From: an uncultured Muribaculaceae bacterium | Lineage (GTDB): Bacteria; Bacteroidota; Bacteroidia; Bacteroidales; Muribaculaceae | Direction: 5' to 3' | DNA: 64,000 nt | Assembly: GCA_910584495.1 (NCBI GenBank) | Contig: CAJUAR010000001.1 | Location: forward strand, 15,733-79,732 | Part shown: positions 60,884 to 64,000 of the stretch, in pieces | Position numbering within the stretch: the stretch's first letter is position 1 | Layout: every line of letters begins with the position of its first letter | Notes under the pieces: model-generated | Databases searched by the model: none | What the model was told of the DNA's origin: nothing | Seen by the model: only the letters and a program-made list of their open reading frames with translations | Made by a program: the position numbers and the translations under genes

Positions 60884-60909
60884 AAAAAGCCGGCAATGCC
60901 GGCTTTTTT
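60884..60909. terminator. Bidirectional terminator between GH20 (+) and trxA (-)
   Basis: AAAAAGCCGGCAATGCCGGCTTTTTT: a GC-rich 7-bp stem flanked by an A5 run and a T6 run. Confidence 0.75.
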
Positions 60910-60929
60910 GTTGCGTAAACGCGAAATTA

Positions 60930-61226
60930 TTAAATGTGCTCGCGAATTTTGGCTTCGATGAAGTCGGCCTGCTGCACACCGACAGTGCGCCAGAGAGCTT
61001 CGCCCTTTTTGAAGAGGATGAGAGTTGGCACAGAACGAACATTGTATTGTGCGGCCAGACGGGTGTTTTGGTCAATGTCGACTTTCACAATATTTGCTTC
61101 ATCGCCAACTTTTTTCTTAACTTCTTCGAGGATAGGGGCCTGCATGCGGCAAGGACCGCACCATGTTGCAAAGAAGTCGACGAGAGTAGGCTTGTCGTCG
61201 TTAATCATTTCGTTGAAATCGCTCAT
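60930..61226 (-). CDS. trxA: Thioredoxin
   Basis: 98 aa. VDFFATWCGPCRM active site. Confidence 0.92.
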   Translation of the reverse strand: MSDFNEMINDDKPTLVDFFATWCGPCRMQAPILEEVKKKVGDEANIVKVDIDQNTRLAAQYNVRSVPTLILFKKGEALWRTVGVQQADFIEAKIREHI

Positions 61227-61298
61227 AATAAAATATGTGTTTTATGTTTTTACAATCGTATGTCGCTATTATAACACACTTCAAAGACAAAAAGTTCG

Positions 61299-61964
61299 TT
61301 ATTCAAGGAGCAACTTGCGCTCGCAGTGAAGCACGCGTCCCGGGAACTGGCGAGGGAAGATGTGGTTGTGAGTTGCCACTACAATAGCTGCTCCTGTCGA
61401 CTGCGAAATTTCGTAAAGATGCCGTATAATCAGACCGCTCGTTTCGGGGTCGAGGTTGCCCGTAGGCTCATCGGCAATAATCAGGCCCGGTTCGTTGAGC
61501 AATGCGCGGGCAATGACAATGCGCTGCTGTTCGCCGCCCGAGAGTTCGTGGGGCATCTTGGCAGCTTTGGTCTCCATGCCCACCTGGCGGAGCACATTGT
61601 CGATGCGGGCCTCGCGCTCGTCGCGGTTGCCCCAACCGGTGGCGCGGAGCACAAAGTCGAGATTGGCCCATGCCGTTCGGTCGGTGAGAAGCTGAAAGTC
61701 CTGAAATACAATGCCGATGCGTCGGCGCAGATAGGGAATCTCCCTGCGCCTTATGTCGGTGAGGTCGAAATCGAACACCGAGGCTTGACCATCGGCAATA
61801 GGCACCTCGGCATATACAGTTTTGAGGAGCGACGACTTTCCGCTGCCCACCTTTCCCAGAAGGTAGACAAATTCGCCTCCCGACACCTGCCAGTCAACGT
61901 TTTTGAGGGCTACATGTTCGTTGCGCAGTATTTCCACGCCTTTATAGTCGATGATTTTGTCCAT
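61299..61964 (-). CDS. ftsE: Cell-division ABC ATPase FtsE-like protein
   Basis: Walker [10 protein letters not shown], signature LSGGEQQR, Walker [13 protein letters not shown]. 221 aa. Confidence 0.8.
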   Translation of the reverse strand: MDKIIDYKGVEILRNEHVALKNVDWQVSGGEFVYLLGKVGSGKSSLLKTVYAEVPIADGQASVFDFDLTDIRRREIPYLRRRIGIVFQDFQLLTDRTAWANLDFVLRATGWGNRDEREARIDNVLRQVGMETKAAKMPHELSGGEQQRIVIARALLNEPGLIIADEPTGNLDPETSGLIIRHLYEISQSTGAAIVVATHNHIFPRQFPGRVLHCERKLLLE

Positions 61965-62035
61965 TTTACCACTTGCACAGACGGTGCTGTTTCATTAATT
62001 TTGTAAAACTAATAAAAAAAAATGACACAAGCGGT

Positions 62036-62767
62036 ATGACAGTAGAAAAAAATGAGTTTTTCGGCCGCACAGCCCTCGTAGCCGGTGCGGAGATGATGGA
62101 ACGCATGGCCGACACATCGGTCATTATCTTCGGGCTGGGAGGCGTGGGTTCATGGTGCGCCGAGGCCCTGGTGCGCTGCGGCATAGGACGCATTACACTC
62201 GTCGACCCCGATGCAGTGGCAGCAAGCAATGTCAACCGTCAGCTTCCGGCCCTAACGAGCACCATAGGGCGGCCAAAAATCGAGGTGCTCGCCGAGCGTT
62301 TTTCCCAAATCAACCCCGACATCTCACTTTCTCTTCGCATCGAGCCATATACTGCCGAGAGTGCGGCATCGTTTGGCATATCGGCCTACGACTATGCCAT
62401 CGATGCCATAGACAGCCTTGCAGACAAGGCTGCTCTCATTCTCGAATCCACCGACCCGGTCACAGCTCCTGAGCGCGCTTTCTATTCGTCGATGGGAGCA
62501 GCCCGGAAAATCGACCCCTCGAAAATAAGCACTGCAGATTTCTGGCGAGTGGAAGGCTGCCCCTTGGCGCGTGCCCTTCGCCAGCGTTTCCGCCGTTCGG
62601 GCGAGTTTCCTCGCCGCAAGTTCACATGTGTCTACAGCCCCGAGACACTGCCACACCGGCAAGAAGGGCCGGCGGGAGTCAACGGCACCTTTGCCCCGGC
62701 TACAATGATGTTCGGCACCACCCTTGCCTCGCTGCTGATTATGAATGAGCTTAAGCATCATTCATAG
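62036..62767 (+). CDS. tcdA: tRNA threonylcarbamoyladenosine dehydratase (ThiF/E1-like)
   Basis: VIIFGLGGVGSWCAEALVRCGIGRITLVDPDAVAASNVNRQ. I chose the start at MTVEKNEFFGR because the upstream extension is Cys-rich, basic and non-homologous-looking. Confidence 0.8.
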   Translation: MTVEKNEFFGRTALVAGAEMMERMADTSVIIFGLGGVGSWCAEALVRCGIGRITLVDPDAVAASNVNRQLPALTSTIGRPKIEVLAERFSQINPDISLSLRIEPYTAESAASFGISAYDYAIDAIDSLADKAALILESTDPVTAPERAFYSSMGAARKIDPSKISTADFWRVEGCPLARALRQRFRRSGEFPRRKFTCVYSPETLPHRQEGPAGVNGTFAPATMMFGTTLASLLIMNELKHHS

Positions 62768-62995
62768 TCCTTTCTACTGCGGCCTAAGGGCACCACATGC
62801 GGCAAAGGAGTATTCTCCCTTTGCTGCCCACCTAATTAAGACCCATCTTTACGGAAGGCTATGAATAATGCGGATTAGGCACTAAACAAATTTTTTCAAA
62901 AAAAATATGAAAATAGTTTAGGGTGTGTTTAGGATTGAAGTGTCTATAGACATGTAAGAGCACCAAAAACGGAGCTATAAAACGATAGACAGACC

Positions 62996-63775
62996 ATGAA
63001 ATTGAAGCACATCATCACATTAGTCCTTGCGGCGGCAGCCCTTGTTGCCCAGGCACAGCCAAAAGTTATAGCCCACCGAGGCTTCTGGAAAACCGACGGC
63101 TCGGCTCAGAACACCCTCACCTCCTTTGCCAAGGCCGATTCGATAGGCTGCTATGGTTCGGAAATAGATGTTTGGCTCACCACCGACGGTCATCTGCTGG
63201 TGAACCACGACCGTGTGTTCAGAGGCCATGAGATGGAGTTCACACCATCGAAAACCTTGCGCAAACTGCGTTTGGACAACGGCGAGAGAATACCCACATT
63301 AGATGAGTATCTGGCTTGCGTTCGCCAACATCCCGACACGCGCCTGGTGCTCGAAATGAAATCGCTCTCCGACTATAAACGCGAAGACCGCGAGGCTCGC
63401 ATGATATTCGAAAAACTGCAGAAATACGGCCTCACCGACCGTACCGACATCATAGTGTTCTCCATTAATGCCGCCATGGCTTTCAAGAAACTATATCCGG
63501 CAGGAATGAAGATATATTATCTCGACGGCGACCTCTCGCCCAAGAAACTGAAAAAACTGGGGCTTGCCGGCCTCGACTATTCTGTGAAGGTGATGAAAAA
63601 ACATCCGGAATGGGTGGAAGAGGCTCACAAACAAGGCCTTGAAGTGAATGTGTGGACCGTCAACACTCCCGAAGATATGAAATATTTTCAGGAATTGGGC
63701 GTGGACTATATAACCACCGACCATCCCGATATGGCCCTCAAACTTTACGGACAGAAAAAATCAGATAAGAAATAG
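62996..63775 (+). CDS. Glycerophosphodiester phosphodiesterase family protein (secreted)
   Basis: Signal peptide. KVIAHRGFW, SEIDVWLTTDG, and the C-terminal VWTVN and DYITTDHP motifs. Confidence 0.8.
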   Translation: MKLKHIITLVLAAAALVAQAQPKVIAHRGFWKTDGSAQNTLTSFAKADSIGCYGSEIDVWLTTDGHLLVNHDRVFRGHEMEFTPSKTLRKLRLDNGERIPTLDEYLACVRQHPDTRLVLEMKSLSDYKREDREARMIFEKLQKYGLTDRTDIIVFSINAAMAFKKLYPAGMKIYYLDGDLSPKKLKKLGLAGLDYSVKVMKKHPEWVEEAHKQGLEVNVWTVNTPEDMKYFQELGVDYITTDHPDMALKLYGQKKSDKK

Positions 63776-63820
63776 TTGGATTAAAGTGTGTTAGGTTTGC
63801 GATAGCAAAGAGTTATTGAA

Positions 63821-63858
63821 AATTGTTGTCGCGTTTCCAAAAAAAAGCGACAACAATT
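63821..63858 (+). terminator. Hairpin after the glycerophosphodiesterase gene
   Basis: Perfect 12-bp stem AATTGTTGTCGC/GCGACAACAATT with a 14-nt A-rich loop. The downstream T-tract is weak. Confidence 0.45.
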
Positions 63859-63886
63859 ATTTAAGCAATATCGCAAAAAGCCTGCG

Positions 63887-64000
63887 CATGAATACAATGA
63901 CAACAAAACAACAAATAGACTGCAAGACGATTGTAGATTTTATCTACAACAGTCCCGACCTGCCTCTCGACCTGCGCGACAAGCTGGCCGAGTGGCTGCT
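63887..64000 (+). CDS. 5' end of an unidentified ORF that runs off the window (MNTMTTKQQIDCKTIVDFIYNSPDLPLDLRDKLAEWL...)
   Basis: The frame is open from the ATG at 63887 to the window end, and a hairpin terminator from the previous gene precedes it. It is too short to assign a function. Confidence 0.35.

Noticed and set aside
62783-62835. Imperfect hairpin (GCGGCAAAGGAG..CTCCCTTTGCTGC) and the GTCTATAGAC palindrome (62942..62951) in the tcdA-glycerophosphodiesterase spacer
   Set aside because: The stem is bulged with no T-tract and the palindrome is short. No tRNA-like or riboswitch-like features could be recognised by eye.
1-64000. rRNA, tRNA, integrase/transposase or prophage genes, and sigma-54 (GG-N10-GC) promoters
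   Set aside because: Reading the intergenic regions, I found no cloverleaf-like or rRNA-like stretch and no GG-N10-GC promoter. No ORF has integrase or transposase motifs other than the Rpn-like protein. tRNAscan or Infernal would be needed to be certain.

Overview
This 64-kb segment reads as a Bacteroidales (Bacteroidota) chromosome. Supporting signs are TAnnTTTG-type -7 promoter boxes upstream of many genes, a type V (Mfa/FimA-class) pilus operon, a T9SS C-terminal sorting signal, a SusB-like GH97 and a fused SecDF. I support about 51 protein-coding genes and saw no rRNA, tRNA, CRISPR array or transposase. All family names come from recognising motifs in the translated ORFs, because no database search was possible. 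Most of the window is housekeeping: argS, pyrH, frr, carAB, aroA, secDF, trxA, ftsE, tcdA, a pheA/aminotransferase/DAHP-synthase-chorismate-mutase/prephenate-dehydrogenase operon, and LPS, polyamine and glycan genes. The accessory part lies at about 30.1-42.4 kb. It holds an AAA-ATPase/PD-(D/E)XK gene and then a six-gene minus-strand pilus locus (DUF3575, DUF3868/OmpA-like, Mfa1-like stalk, Mfa2-like anchor, and two giant pilin-like lipoproteins of 975 and 825 aa). The C-terminal extensions of the two giant proteins look like carbohydrate-binding or lectin modules, and GC content drops sharply inside these genes, from about 62% to 33-40%. The candidate promoter of this locus has G8 and T8 homopolymer tracts in its spacer. 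The second main finding is an unlisted 26-codon leader ORF with 5 Phe and 5 Tyr, followed by an intrinsic terminator 14 nt upstream of pheA, which is the layout of a ribosome-mediated attenuator. Smaller observations are an orphan strong terminator in a divergent intergenic region, a 10-bp phased palindromic array, a 12-bp coding tandem repeat (EGRA x9) in an Rpn-like nuclease, and a NahK-like kinase/CBM9-like/GH20 cluster.
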